Source: Victivallaceae bacterium (lineage in GTDB: Bacteria > Verrucomicrobiota > Lentisphaeria > Victivallales > Victivallaceae). Taken from it: DNA of 64,000 bases. Positions within the stretch are counted from its first letter, which is position 1. Each line of letters begins with the position of its first letter. The stretch covers positions 1,089 to 65,088 of the forward strand of contig JAZMZH010000005.1 of assembly GCA_045585875.1 (NCBI GenBank), read 5' to 3'. Shown here piece after piece: positions 17,403-26,321 of the stretch. Position numbers and translations under genes: made by a program. The notes below the pieces were generated by a model. That model was not told the origin of the DNA. It was given only the letters and a program-made list of their open reading frames with translations, and ran no database searches.

Positions 17403-18323
17403 ATGGCTGTTGACATGCAAGTTGTTCTGGGGCCGCTGAAGCTTAAAAATCCGGTGATGACCGCCTCCGGCACCTTCGGGTACGGCCGGGAATATCAGCG
17501 GTACTTCGACATTTCCCGGCTGGGCGCGGTGGTGGTAAAGGGCATCGCCGTCTTTGCCTCCGAGGGAAATCCCACCCCGAGAGTGGCGGAAACCGCCTCC
17601 GGGATGCTCAATGCCATCGGATTGCAGGGGCCGGGGGTGGAGAAATTCTGCACCCATCCGGATTATCTGCCCTTTCTGCGCAGTACCGGCGCCGCGGTGA
17701 TCGTCAATATCTGGGGCCGGACGGTGGAGCAGTACGCCGAGGTCGCCGCCCGCCTGAACGACGAGCCCGGCATCGCCGCGCTGGAGATCAACATCTCCTG
17801 TCCCAACGTCAAGGCCGGAGGTGCGGCGTTCGGTACCGATCCGGCGCTGGCCGCCGAGGTCGTGGGCGCGGTACGCAGGGCCACCCGGCTGCCGCTGATC
17901 GCGAAGCTCAGTCCCAATGTCACCGACATTTCCGAATTCGCCCGGATATGTTCCGGCTCCGGAGCGGACATCCTCTCGCTGATCAACACCATTTCCGGCA
18001 TGTCCATCGACGCCTACACCCGCCGTCCCCGGATCGCCAACATCACCGGCGGTCTCTCCGGTCCTGCGGTGAAGCCGGTGGCGCTGCGGATGGTCTGGCA
18101 GGCGGCCAACGCGGTTTCGACGCCGATCATCGGCATGGGAGGGATCATGAACGGCACCGACGCGGCCGAATTCATGCTGGCCGGGGCGTCGGCGGTGGCG
18201 GTGGGCACGGCGATCTTCGCCGATCCTCTGGCTCCGGTGCGGGTCATCGGCGAACTGGAGGATTTCTGCCGGGAGACCGGCGTGGAGCATGTGGCCGAAC
18301 TCACCCGCGGTCTCCGGGTGTGA
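17403..18323 (+). CDS. pyrD: Dihydroorotate dehydrogenase, class 1B catalytic subunit
   Basis: LKNPVMTASGTFGYG N-terminus, active-site NISCPNV, 306 aa. Begins 3 nt after the pyrK stop. Confidence 0.93.
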   Translation: MAVDMQVVLGPLKLKNPVMTASGTFGYGREYQRYFDISRLGAVVVKGIAVFASEGNPTPRVAETASGMLNAIGLQGPGVEKFCTHPDYLPFLRSTGAAVIVNIWGRTVEQYAEVAARLNDEPGIAALEINISCPNVKAGGAAFGTDPALAAEVVGAVRRATRLPLIAKLSPNVTDISEFARICSGSGADILSLINTISGMSIDAYTRRPRIANITGGLSGPAVKPVALRMVWQAANAVSTPIIGMGGIMNGTDAAEFMLAGASAVAVGTAIFADPLAPVRVIGELEDFCRETGVEHVAELTRGLRV

Positions 18324-18451
18324 TTTTACGGACGGCCGATCGTGCCGTCATGACTTCCGGCGCCATCCGTTGACGACTTCGGGCTGCTATGTCGCGAAGT
18401 TCGCTTGCGGACAGAATTCGGAAAAGTTTTTCCTGTCTTTGTCGGAAAATT

Positions 18452-18479
18452 TTGACAAATCGGTTCTTCGGTGTATATT
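18452..18479 (+). promoter_or_regulatory. sigma70-like promoter candidate (TTGACA-16 nt-TATATT)
   Basis: Consensus -35 at 18452-18457 and TATATT at 18474-18479. Confidence 0.5.
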
Positions 18480-18520
18480 TCCGGCATCGGAAAGGAAAAG
18501 AAAATTCATCGCGGGAAAAA

Positions 18521-18536
18521 TTCAAAAATTTTTGAA
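18521..18536. promoter_or_regulatory. Perfect 16-bp palindrome TTCAAAAATTTTTGAA (operator candidate)
   Basis: Self-complementary over all 16 nt and located between two promoter-like elements. Confidence 0.45.
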
Positions 18537-18553
18537 AAAAGATTTCTTTTGAT

Positions 18554-18582
18554 TTGCAAACGCATATATAGTGTACTATATT
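18554..18582 (+). promoter_or_regulatory. sigma70-like promoter candidate (TTGCAA-17 nt-TATATT)
   Basis: TTGCAA at 18554-18559 and TATATT at 18577-18582. Would give a leader of about 270 nt to the ATG at 18856. Confidence 0.45.
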
Positions 18583-18855
18583 ACTATCACACTTGAAAAA
18601 TACCGCCGGATCGGGTGATTTCCCGGAGAGGGGCGGCGCGGACCGATGGATTCGCGGAAGCCGATACAGGCGGGGTTGTTTGGTTTTTGCAGTTGCCGGT
18701 CCGCTTCCGGCGGCGGCGGACGATGGCTATAGTCATTCGCCCCGGGAGACCGGCGATTGCAAAAACCGGATTTTTATGGCGGTTCGGAGACGGGCATCGT
18801 TTCCGGCCGCGGAAGTCACGGCAATGGCAGCAAGTCTACAAGAAAGGAGCCGACG

Positions 18856-20052
18856 ATGAAGTTATTGCCCAAAATCGCCCTTGGTGTCGTCCTGACATCG
18901 GGCATGTGCGGGATCGCCGCTGAGATGCAGCAGCAGGCCGATCGGGAGGTTTTCGACCGTGTTTCGGCGCTCATGCCCGGAGGAGAAAAGAACGGCATGG
19001 CCATCATCAACGGCCGGAATTTCAACAGCGGCATCGCTTTGATGCTGAAAGAACTGCCGGGTAAGCTCGAGGCCGACGGGATGGAGGAATACGCTCCCAT
19101 GGTCGAGTACGGGATCGGTCTTTTCGGCGAGCTCTGGGATGCTTCGGGCCTGGCCGATGTGAAGGCTCTGGGATTTGCCGACACGGTTGTGTCCGCGGAT
19201 CCGGTCGTCGGCGAGAATTTCATGATCTACTACACCGGCAAAGAGGTCTCCGGCTGGATGAAGGAGTGCAGCGGCGAGCAGGTCGATCTCCTGGCCATCG
19301 CCGGGAACTGGCCGGAAAGCACCATCTACGCTTTTGATTTCGCCATGAATCTCACTCCTGTGGTCCAGTTCATTCAGAACAAGCTGCCGGACGGGATGGA
19401 GATGCCTCCGGTGGCGGCAGGGATCGCCATGGCTCTCGAGGGCCGCTACGATATGATCATCGCCGAGGACGCCGACGGGCAAAAGCTCTTGAGGATGCAG
19501 ATCCCCGACAGCGAAAACGGCTCGATTTTCAGTCTGCTCTCTTCCGCTGCCGACAGTCCTGAAATCCAAAAAACCGCCCAGGAGATCGTCATCTCCGATT
19601 TGGGAGAGCTCCCCGGCGAGATCATCATCTCCCGGCTTGAGAAGGGGATTCTCATCTCCAACTGCAGGGATATCGACGCCCGCATCGCCGCATTGCCGAA
19701 ACTCGGCGACGACAAGGATTTCGCCGTGCTCTCCTCCGGTCTGCCGAAGACGGGCAATGCCTGCGCCTACGTCGGGAAAAAGATCCTGAACCCCATGCTC
19801 TCCAAGGAGCTTGCGGAGACGGATTTCGCCGACATCCAGGTCTTCGTTGATCCCGGCTATGACAGCCGGATGCTGTGCGTTTCGCGCACGACCGGAGAGG
19901 GTCTGGTGGGGCAGGGCCGCTGCTTCGGGACTTTCGGCGAATATCAGGCCGCCAACGCCAGGATGCAGCTGCAGGTCATGCGGGACATCATCGTGAATGA
20001 AATCAAAAACGCCGGATATTGTGAACCCGACGATGAAGAGGTGGAAGAATGA
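18856..20052 (+). CDS. Secreted acidic hypothetical protein (signal peptide)
   Basis: Start trimmed to the ATG at 18856, preceded by AAAGGAG. N-terminus MKLLPKIALGVVLTSGMCGIAA is signal-peptide-like. No motif recognised. Confidence 0.7.
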   Translation: MKLLPKIALGVVLTSGMCGIAAEMQQQADREVFDRVSALMPGGEKNGMAIINGRNFNSGIALMLKELPGKLEADGMEEYAPMVEYGIGLFGELWDASGLADVKALGFADTVVSADPVVGENFMIYYTGKEVSGWMKECSGEQVDLLAIAGNWPESTIYAFDFAMNLTPVVQFIQNKLPDGMEMPPVAAGIAMALEGRYDMIIAEDADGQKLLRMQIPDSENGSIFSLLSSAADSPEIQKTAQEIVISDLGELPGEIIISRLEKGILISNCRDIDARIAALPKLGDDKDFAVLSSGLPKTGNACAYVGKKILNPMLSKELAETDFADIQVFVDPGYDSRMLCVSRTTGEGLVGQGRCFGTFGEYQAANARMQLQVMRDIIVNEIKNAGYCEPDDEEVEE

Positions 20053-21425
20053 AATTCGGAATGAAACTGACAGCAGCGGCGGCCGCGGTCGCGCTTCTCG
20101 GCCCCGCCGTGGTTTCGGCCAACGAGCGCTTTGAGCGCATTGCCGGAGAACTTGACGCCGGAGGGACGGTTTTCGGCATCTGCACCATGCCTGACGCCGG
20201 TTACGGTCTTACCGCCGAACTGGAGAAACTTTTCACCGACGCCATCGCCAACATCCCCGCCGAAGACTCCGACCGGGCCGCGGCCGAAGCGGTGGAAAAG
20301 ATTCTTTTCACCGCCGGATTTCAGAGCGTGCGGGGCGCGGGCATGAGTTCGGTCCTGATCTCCGACGACGATGCCGCGGAGCCTCTCTACCGTCACAAGA
20401 TGATCGTCGAGACCGAGGATGCCGACGCTTACTGGATGACCCGGGCTTTCGGCTATGCCAACAGCGATCTGAGCTCCATTGTCGCGGAATTGCCCGCGTC
20501 GACGATCTCCGTGATCAGTCTGAACATTGATCTGAGCGCCATCCGGGATTGGCAGTCGATGCTGCCGCTGGACGAGGAAGCTCTGGAGAAATTTCAGAAG
20601 ATTACCGGGATCTCCGGGAACTTCACGATTGCCTCCTTTTCCTGTGACGGCAGGGTCGGCGTTTACTTTTCCATGCCGGAGTGCGAAGTGAGCGACGGGT
20701 GCTGCGGAGAGACGATGGTCGCCAACGGCCGCCGTTATTTCTTCCCCGACGCCGAAACCCGCGAGAACTACGAAAAGAGCGCCAAAGGCATCACTCTGCC
20801 CTGGGATCAGAGCGTGAGCGATGCCGCCGGTTTCTTCTACGTCGCCGGCGATCTGATGAAGTATTGCGAGGGGCCTTTTGCCGAACTGAAGAAGTTCGCG
20901 GTGGATTACAATGACGAGAGCTTCGGCGTGCTGACCCGCCGTGAAAACGGATTCCGGATGGACGCGCTCTCCCATACCGATCTGCCCGGAGCAATGGCGC
21001 TTTTCATCTCCCGGGGACTTCTGCCCTGCGCCATCGTCAAGATCAAGGCCGGGATGGACAGCGGCATTGATGTCCTGGCGTACAGCGAGTATCTCAATGC
21101 CAACGGCGGGAACTATCCCTCCGATGAGGAGATCTGGATGGTGGAGGAGAAGCTCGGGGGCGTCAACGGCGTGGATTTCCTCTACCTCGCTCCTCCGGCC
21201 GGGGAAGAGGATTCGGATGTCGTGATCCTCATTTCCGCGCCCAGGGATGGATTCTGCGACATCATGAGCGTCAGCAACGGGATTGCGGTCGTCACCTTTT
21301 TTGAGTATGACTCCGAAAAGGGCATGACCGGAGTGGTTACCGAAGCCCAGGCCAGGAATCCCATGCCGGAAAAGATCTTCCGGCACTGGCTTGATCTCGC
21401 CCGTGATTTTGATGCCGAAAATTGA
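20049..21425 (+). CDS. Secreted acidic hypothetical protein (signal peptide)
   Basis: ATGA overlap with the upstream ORF. N-terminus MKFGMKLTAAAAAVALLGPAVVSA is signal-peptide-like. No motif recognised. Confidence 0.7.
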   Translation: MKFGMKLTAAAAAVALLGPAVVSANERFERIAGELDAGGTVFGICTMPDAGYGLTAELEKLFTDAIANIPAEDSDRAAAEAVEKILFTAGFQSVRGAGMSSVLISDDDAAEPLYRHKMIVETEDADAYWMTRAFGYANSDLSSIVAELPASTISVISLNIDLSAIRDWQSMLPLDEEALEKFQKITGISGNFTIASFSCDGRVGVYFSMPECEVSDGCCGETMVANGRRYFFPDAETRENYEKSAKGITLPWDQSVSDAAGFFYVAGDLMKYCEGPFAELKKFAVDYNDESFGVLTRRENGFRMDALSHTDLPGAMALFISRGLLPCAIVKIKAGMDSGIDVLAYSEYLNANGGNYPSDEEIWMVEEKLGGVNGVDFLYLAPPAGEEDSDVVILISAPRDGFCDIMSVSNGIAVVTFFEYDSEKGMTGVVTEAQARNPMPEKIFRHWLDLARDFDAEN

Positions 21426-21621
21426 GAAAACCAGCCGTTTTTCATGAAAATATGGCCTGTCTCCTGAAAAAAAGCGAAAATATTTGAAAAAAAATTCATT
21501 TATGACTTGAAATAAGTCAAAGTGAGTATAATATTAGCAAAGGAGACCGGCCATATTCCGTTGTCATACGGACAGCGGAGGAAAAGCCGGAGAATTGCAA
21601 AACCCAGAGAGGGAAGAAAAG

Positions 21622-21798
21622 ATGAAACACGACTTCTATGATGTCAAGGCCAAGCAGAAGGTTACCACCTCCGTCGTCGCAAAAGTGACCTACGGTGCCA
21701 AGGGTAACGAGCGCTACGCCTTTAAGGGCAAAACCGCCGACGGCCGCAACCTCACCGCCTTTGTCAGCAAGGCTGTCTGGGACAAGGCCAAGATCTGA
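21622..21798 (+). CDS. Small very basic protein (58 aa), function unknown
   Basis: MKHDFYDVKAKQKVTTSVVAKVTYGAKGNERYAFKGKTADGRNLTAFVSKAVWDKAKI. 13 K/R against 5 D/E. GAGAGGGAAG SD-like sequence, TATAAT at 21527-21532, strong terminator downstream. Confidence 0.7.
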   Translation: MKHDFYDVKAKQKVTTSVVAKVTYGAKGNERYAFKGKTADGRNLTAFVSKAVWDKAKI

Positions 21799-21843
21799 CC
21801 TCCGGTTTCCGCGTTGCGGCAAATGACCTGGAGTCATGCAATG

Positions 21844-21871
21844 AAAAAAGCCCCGTGCGCGGGGCTTTTTT
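21844..21871. terminator. Bidirectional intrinsic terminator
   Basis: A6-GCCCCG-TGCG-CGGGGC-T6. Stem 21850-21855 / 21860-21865. Confidence 0.8.
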
Positions 21872-21959
21872 CATGTATGCCCGATCGGTTTTCATGGGGT
21901 TCTCCACGACCGATCCCGGCAAACCGCCGGAATTTCCGGCGGGGAAAGGTGAATATTTG

Positions 21960-22901
21960 ATGAATGTCCTTTTGATTGACGCTTTTTCCCAGATATTCCG
22001 GTGCTATTTTGCCATCACCGGAGCGTTGACCAACGGCCGGGGAGAACCCACCAACGCGGTTTTCGGTTTCGCCCGTCTGCTTATGGAGCTGGAACGGGAA
22101 TTCCATCCCGAGTACGGCGCTCTCTGCTTTGACTGCGGCAAACCGGAATTCCGTCTCGCCGTTGCCCCGGACTACAAGGCGGGCCGTCCGCCCATGCCCG
22201 AGGATCTGGCCGCCCAGCTGGAGCGCATCCGCCGCCTGGCGGCGCTTTTCGGCTGGCCTGTGCACGAGGAGCCCGATTACGAGGCGGATGATCTTATCGG
22301 AGGGTTTGCCAGAGCGGTTGCCGCCTCCGGGGGACGTGCGGCCTATATTTCCCAGGACAAGGATCTGGCCCAGCTGATCGACGACAATATCCTGTGGTAC
22401 GCCCCGGATCGGAAGAATTCCGGTTTTGAACGGCGGGACGGCGCGGCGGTGGCGGCGAAATTCGGCGTCGCGCCGGAGGGGATGGTGGACTACCTCTCCC
22501 TGCTGGGCGATGCCAGCGACCACATCCCCGGTATACCGGGAGTGGGTGCGAAGACCGCCTCCAGGATCGTCAATTCCGGGATCCCGGTGGAGGAGATCGC
22601 CGCGGGCGGAGTCGGGGAAGTGCCGGGGGTGCCGCCGCGTCTGGTGGCCGCTCTGCGGGAAAATGCGGAAGTATTCCGGAAAAACCGCCGTCTCATCACT
22701 CTGCGCTGCGAACTTCCGGAGCGGCTGCGGGATCTGAAGTCGGTGCTGAAGAAAAATCCGCCGGACTGGCAGGGGATCGCCGGTTTCTGCCGGGAGCAGA
22801 ATCTGCGTACCGTCCTGACGGAAATCCCGGACGCCTGCCAATCCGCGCCCGCCGCCGTCCCGGCCGCGAAACCGATCCCCGTCCAGCAGGAATTGTTCTG
22901 A
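21960..22901 (+). CDS. Stand-alone 5'-3' exonuclease / flap endonuclease (Pol I N-terminal-domain-like)
   Basis: MNVLLIDAFSQIFR..., GEPTNAVFGF, YEADDLIG and the H3TH-like LLGDASDHIPGIPGVGAKTA. No polymerase domain follows. Confidence 0.85.
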   Translation: MNVLLIDAFSQIFRCYFAITGALTNGRGEPTNAVFGFARLLMELEREFHPEYGALCFDCGKPEFRLAVAPDYKAGRPPMPEDLAAQLERIRRLAALFGWPVHEEPDYEADDLIGGFARAVAASGGRAAYISQDKDLAQLIDDNILWYAPDRKNSGFERRDGAAVAAKFGVAPEGMVDYLSLLGDASDHIPGIPGVGAKTASRIVNSGIPVEEIAAGGVGEVPGVPPRLVAALRENAEVFRKNRRLITLRCELPERLRDLKSVLKKNPPDWQGIAGFCREQNLRTVLTEIPDACQSAPAAVPAAKPIPVQQELF

Positions 22902-23023
22902 GGACGGCGGAGGCGGAGTGCCGCCCGGCGTGTCCGGACGCGGAACAGTGCGGCGCGCGGCGCGCCCGGGGATGAATGTGCGGGGGGGGCGGAGCGGCAA
23001 TGGAGCGCCGCCCCTCCGGGGGA

Positions 23024-23560
23024 TTACCAGGCCTCGGCGGTCATGGAGACGATGTCGCCGGCGATGAGATAGCAGGCCTGTTTCACCCCCGCCTGCTGGG
23101 AAATGAGGATGTCGATATTGTTCTGATAGCGTCCGGTGCGGGAGATATTCGCATTGTTCACCAGGAGCGCCGCCCGTCCCGGGATGCTGACCGAAACCGT
23201 CGCGTTGAGGGTTATCGCCCAGGTCGACGGCATGTAAACCCCGCGCCCGGCATCGTAGGAGGAGGAACCGCTGGCGCTGATGCCGTAACTGTTGATCTTG
23301 ACGAATACGATGAGATCCGCCTCGTCCATGTCCACCAGTTTATACGAACCGTCGATCATGAAGCGTTCGCAGAGTTCGCTGCGCATGAGAGAGGCGGCGT
23401 AGAGCAGGGTGGTGTCGTTGGAGACCGGAGCGATGGCGACGGTTTTCAGCTGGGGATGAGCCATGCTGCCCACATGATAACCGCATCCCGCGGCCAGCAT
23501 GCCCAGCACCGGGAGCAGCAGCGCCCGCAAAAGGAGGGATGTTTTCGAGAGTTTCATCAT
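23024..23560 (-). CDS. LptE-like outer-membrane lipoprotein
   Basis: Signal peptide ending LAAGC-GYH (lipobox-like), about 178 aa, beta-rich. The LptE assignment rests on size, the GYH start of the mature chain and genomic context only. Confidence 0.55.
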   Translation of the reverse strand: MMKLSKTSLLLRALLLPVLGMLAAGCGYHVGSMAHPQLKTVAIAPVSNDTTLLYAASLMRSELCERFMIDGSYKLVDMDEADLIVFVKINSYGISASGSSSYDAGRGVYMPSTWAITLNATVSVSIPGRAALLVNNANISRTGRYQNNIDILISQQAGVKQACYLIAGDIVSMTAEAW

Positions 23561-24702
23561 TGTTCTCCGCCGACGGGGGCCTTTTCGGCCCTGCGCGGCA
23601 AATTCAGATCGTATATGGGCAGCAGCCAGCGGCCGTCGCTGTTCTCCGGCGCCACCAGCAGGCGTTCGTAATTGGGCGGCATTTCGTAGATGGGGTACGC
23701 GGCCGCCCGCTCCTCCGGCTGCATGGGAGCGAAGCCGCTCGGGATGAAAGTGCTGTCCATGCTTGTGAGCTTGCGTTCGGCTTCGGAGGCGGCCGCGGCC
23801 TCGGGGTAATCGTGGATGATCCGCCGCAGATAATGTTCGGCGGCCGCCGGGCGCTTCATCCGCAGGTAAAAATCCGCGGTGCCCATGATCCGCTCCGCGG
23901 CCAGATCCTTGGCCTTGAGCAGCATGGTTTCCATTTCGGGAAGTTCGGAAGCGCCGGGGTTTTCGTCGATGAATTTTTCAAGCACCTTGATGCCCTCCGA
24001 GACTCGGGCTCCGTCGCCGTCGCCGAGGCCGGCCAGCTGAAAGAGCGCGTTGGCCAGTTCCAGCTGGGCGTAATAGGCGGCCCGGGTGCCCGGATAATCC
24101 CGGATCAGCTCCCGCAGGGTATTGAGGGCTTCTTCCCGTCCGGCGATGTTGCGGTAATGGCGCAGCTGGTGCAGCGCCAGGTCCAGCTTGGCATTGGGCG
24201 CTTCGTCGGCGAAAGGCGCCCGGGCCAGCGCGGCGCGGTAGGTCTCCTCGGTCTTGTCCACATCCAGCAGCCAGGACAGCCAGCGCCAGTCGAGGGCGGC
24301 GAATGCCCGCTGCCGGTAGCCGTCGCGATAACTGTCGGCGATGGCATACTCCCGCTTCACCAGCGCGGGATAATCGGCATCGGTCGGGTACTTGTTCAGC
24401 ATCTTCTCAATGAGCAGAAATTCCCGGTAATACATGCGGGAGAGCCGCTCGGCCTCGATGGCGGCGGCGAGCGCCTCCGCACCGAGAGCCGGGGAATCCG
24501 CCAGCAGTTCGGCGTCGGTGAAGGCCTTTGCGGCGGCGGCGTAGCTGCCTTTTTCCATGGCGGCGCGTCCGGACTGCATCTTGGCCGCGGCCTCGGCGTC
24601 CCCCGCCGAAGCGCGGATGCAAAGACACCCGGCCGCCGCGACAGTCAGCAGCGCGAGGATGCCGCCGCGAAATTTTTCAGCTGTGCACAGAAATTTTGTC
24701 AT
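23557..24702 (-). CDS. TPR-repeat lipoprotein (BamD/YfiO-like)
   Basis: Start trimmed to the ATG at 24702, giving MTKFLCTAEKFRGGILALLTVAAAGC (lipobox-like). Repeated A/Y/L-rich helical hairpins. Its stop overlaps the LptE-like start by 4 nt. Confidence 0.6.
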   Translation of the reverse strand: MTKFLCTAEKFRGGILALLTVAAAGCLCIRASAGDAEAAAKMQSGRAAMEKGSYAAAAKAFTDAELLADSPALGAEALAAAIEAERLSRMYYREFLLIEKMLNKYPTDADYPALVKREYAIADSYRDGYRQRAFAALDWRWLSWLLDVDKTEETYRAALARAPFADEAPNAKLDLALHQLRHYRNIAGREEALNTLRELIRDYPGTRAAYYAQLELANALFQLAGLGDGDGARVSEGIKVLEKFIDENPGASELPEMETMLLKAKDLAAERIMGTADFYLRMKRPAAAEHYLRRIIHDYPEAAAASEAERKLTSMDSTFIPSGFAPMQPEERAAAYPIYEMPPNYERLLVAPENSDGRWLLPIYDLNLPRRAEKAPVGGEQ

Positions 24703-24743
24703 GATTCTTAATATAGCATCCTCAATCGGTTTTGGCAAATCAT

Positions 24744-25520
24744 TCAAGGAGCGGGGGCGGAATTTAATTGAACGATGCGCGAAAACTCCAGATTGCCGCC
24801 GAAGATGTCCAAAGCGCTGCCGACGGTGTAGTCCACGCTCCCGCGCCCCAGCGTCCGGATCTTTTCAATATCGTCCCAGGAGCTTATGCCGCCTGCGTAA
24901 ACGCACGGCGCCGGCGAATCGGCGAGAATCTTCAGGAGTTTTCCGTCGATGCCGCCGCGTTTCCCCTCCATGTCCACCGCGTGAATCAGAAATTCGCATG
25001 CGAATCCGGCGAGTTCGCGCAGCGTTTCCGCCTTCACCTCCGTCCGGGAGAGTTTCTGCCAGCGGTCCGTGGCCACCCGATAGCCGTCGCCCGCCGCCCG
25101 GCAGCTGAGATCCAGCACCAGATGCTCCCGGCCCACGGTGCGCTTCAGCTCCTTCAGCCGCTCCATGTCCACCGCGCCGTCGTGAAAGATCCAGCTGGTG
25201 ACGATCACCTGGGAGGCTCCGGCATCCAGCCAGCGGGAGGCGTTTCCGGCATTGACGCCGCCGCCCAGCTGCATCCCGCCCGGCCAGGCGCGGAGGGCCT
25301 GTTCCGCGGCGGTTTCGCAGCCTTTCCCCAGCATGATGACGTGGCCGCCGGTGAGATGATGGCGGCGATAGAGCTTCGCGTAGTGTTCGGGGGGGAGTTC
25401 CGCCACGAAATTGGTCTCGGGCGTCGGGGATACCCCGTTTTCGCCGCCGTCGCGCAGGGAGGAGCCGACGATCTGTTTCACCATGCCCTCGTGGAGGTCT
25501 ATGCAGGGGCGGAAACGCAT
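24744..25520 (-). CDS. hisA: HisA/His6-type phosphoribosylformimino-AICAR-P isomerase-like (beta/alpha)8 protein
   Basis: N-terminus MRFRPCIDLHEGMVKQIVG matches the eukaryote/His6-type HisA signature as I recall it. About 258 aa. Confidence 0.75.
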   Translation of the reverse strand: MRFRPCIDLHEGMVKQIVGSSLRDGGENGVSPTPETNFVAELPPEHYAKLYRRHHLTGGHVIMLGKGCETAAEQALRAWPGGMQLGGGVNAGNASRWLDAGASQVIVTSWIFHDGAVDMERLKELKRTVGREHLVLDLSCRAAGDGYRVATDRWQKLSRTEVKAETLRELAGFACEFLIHAVDMEGKRGGIDGKLLKILADSPAPCVYAGGISSWDDIEKIRTLGRGSVDYTVGSALDIFGGNLEFSRIVQLNSAPAP

Positions 25521-25521
25521 C

Positions 25522-26139
<618 letters not shown>

Positions 26140-26321
26140 GGGAAATACCTCCGGGATGATTTTCAACATTTTCCCCGGCAAATGCCGGAGGAGATAAGAT
26201 AACGCCGAAAAGATGAATTTCAAGCGGGATCGGTGTTTTTTTTGATTTTCCCGATATGGATGCAATATTATAAGGAGAGGAGAAACAGGAATCAACTTAT
26301 GGAGACGGAGGAGTTTTTTTC

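Noticed and set aside
18583-18855. Possible cobalamin riboswitch. The segment GCCCCGGGAGACCGGCG near 18740 resembles the B12 box.
   Set aside because: I could not find the other conserved cores (GGGAA...GGTGAAAATCC, CCCGC.ACTGT, GCCACTG). The downstream genes have no evident link to B12. This is left as an unexplained long leader pending an Rfam scan.
18757-18855. N-terminal extensions offered by the ORF track at 18757, 10866, 12073, 21855, 26295 (minus), 48650 (minus), 48508, 45295, 54916, 38945 and 27047.
   Set aside because: In each case an internal ATG preceded by a GGAGG-like SD-like sequence starts exactly where the signal peptide or the conserved family N-terminus begins. The extension overlaps intergenic promoter-like sequence or the upstream gene.
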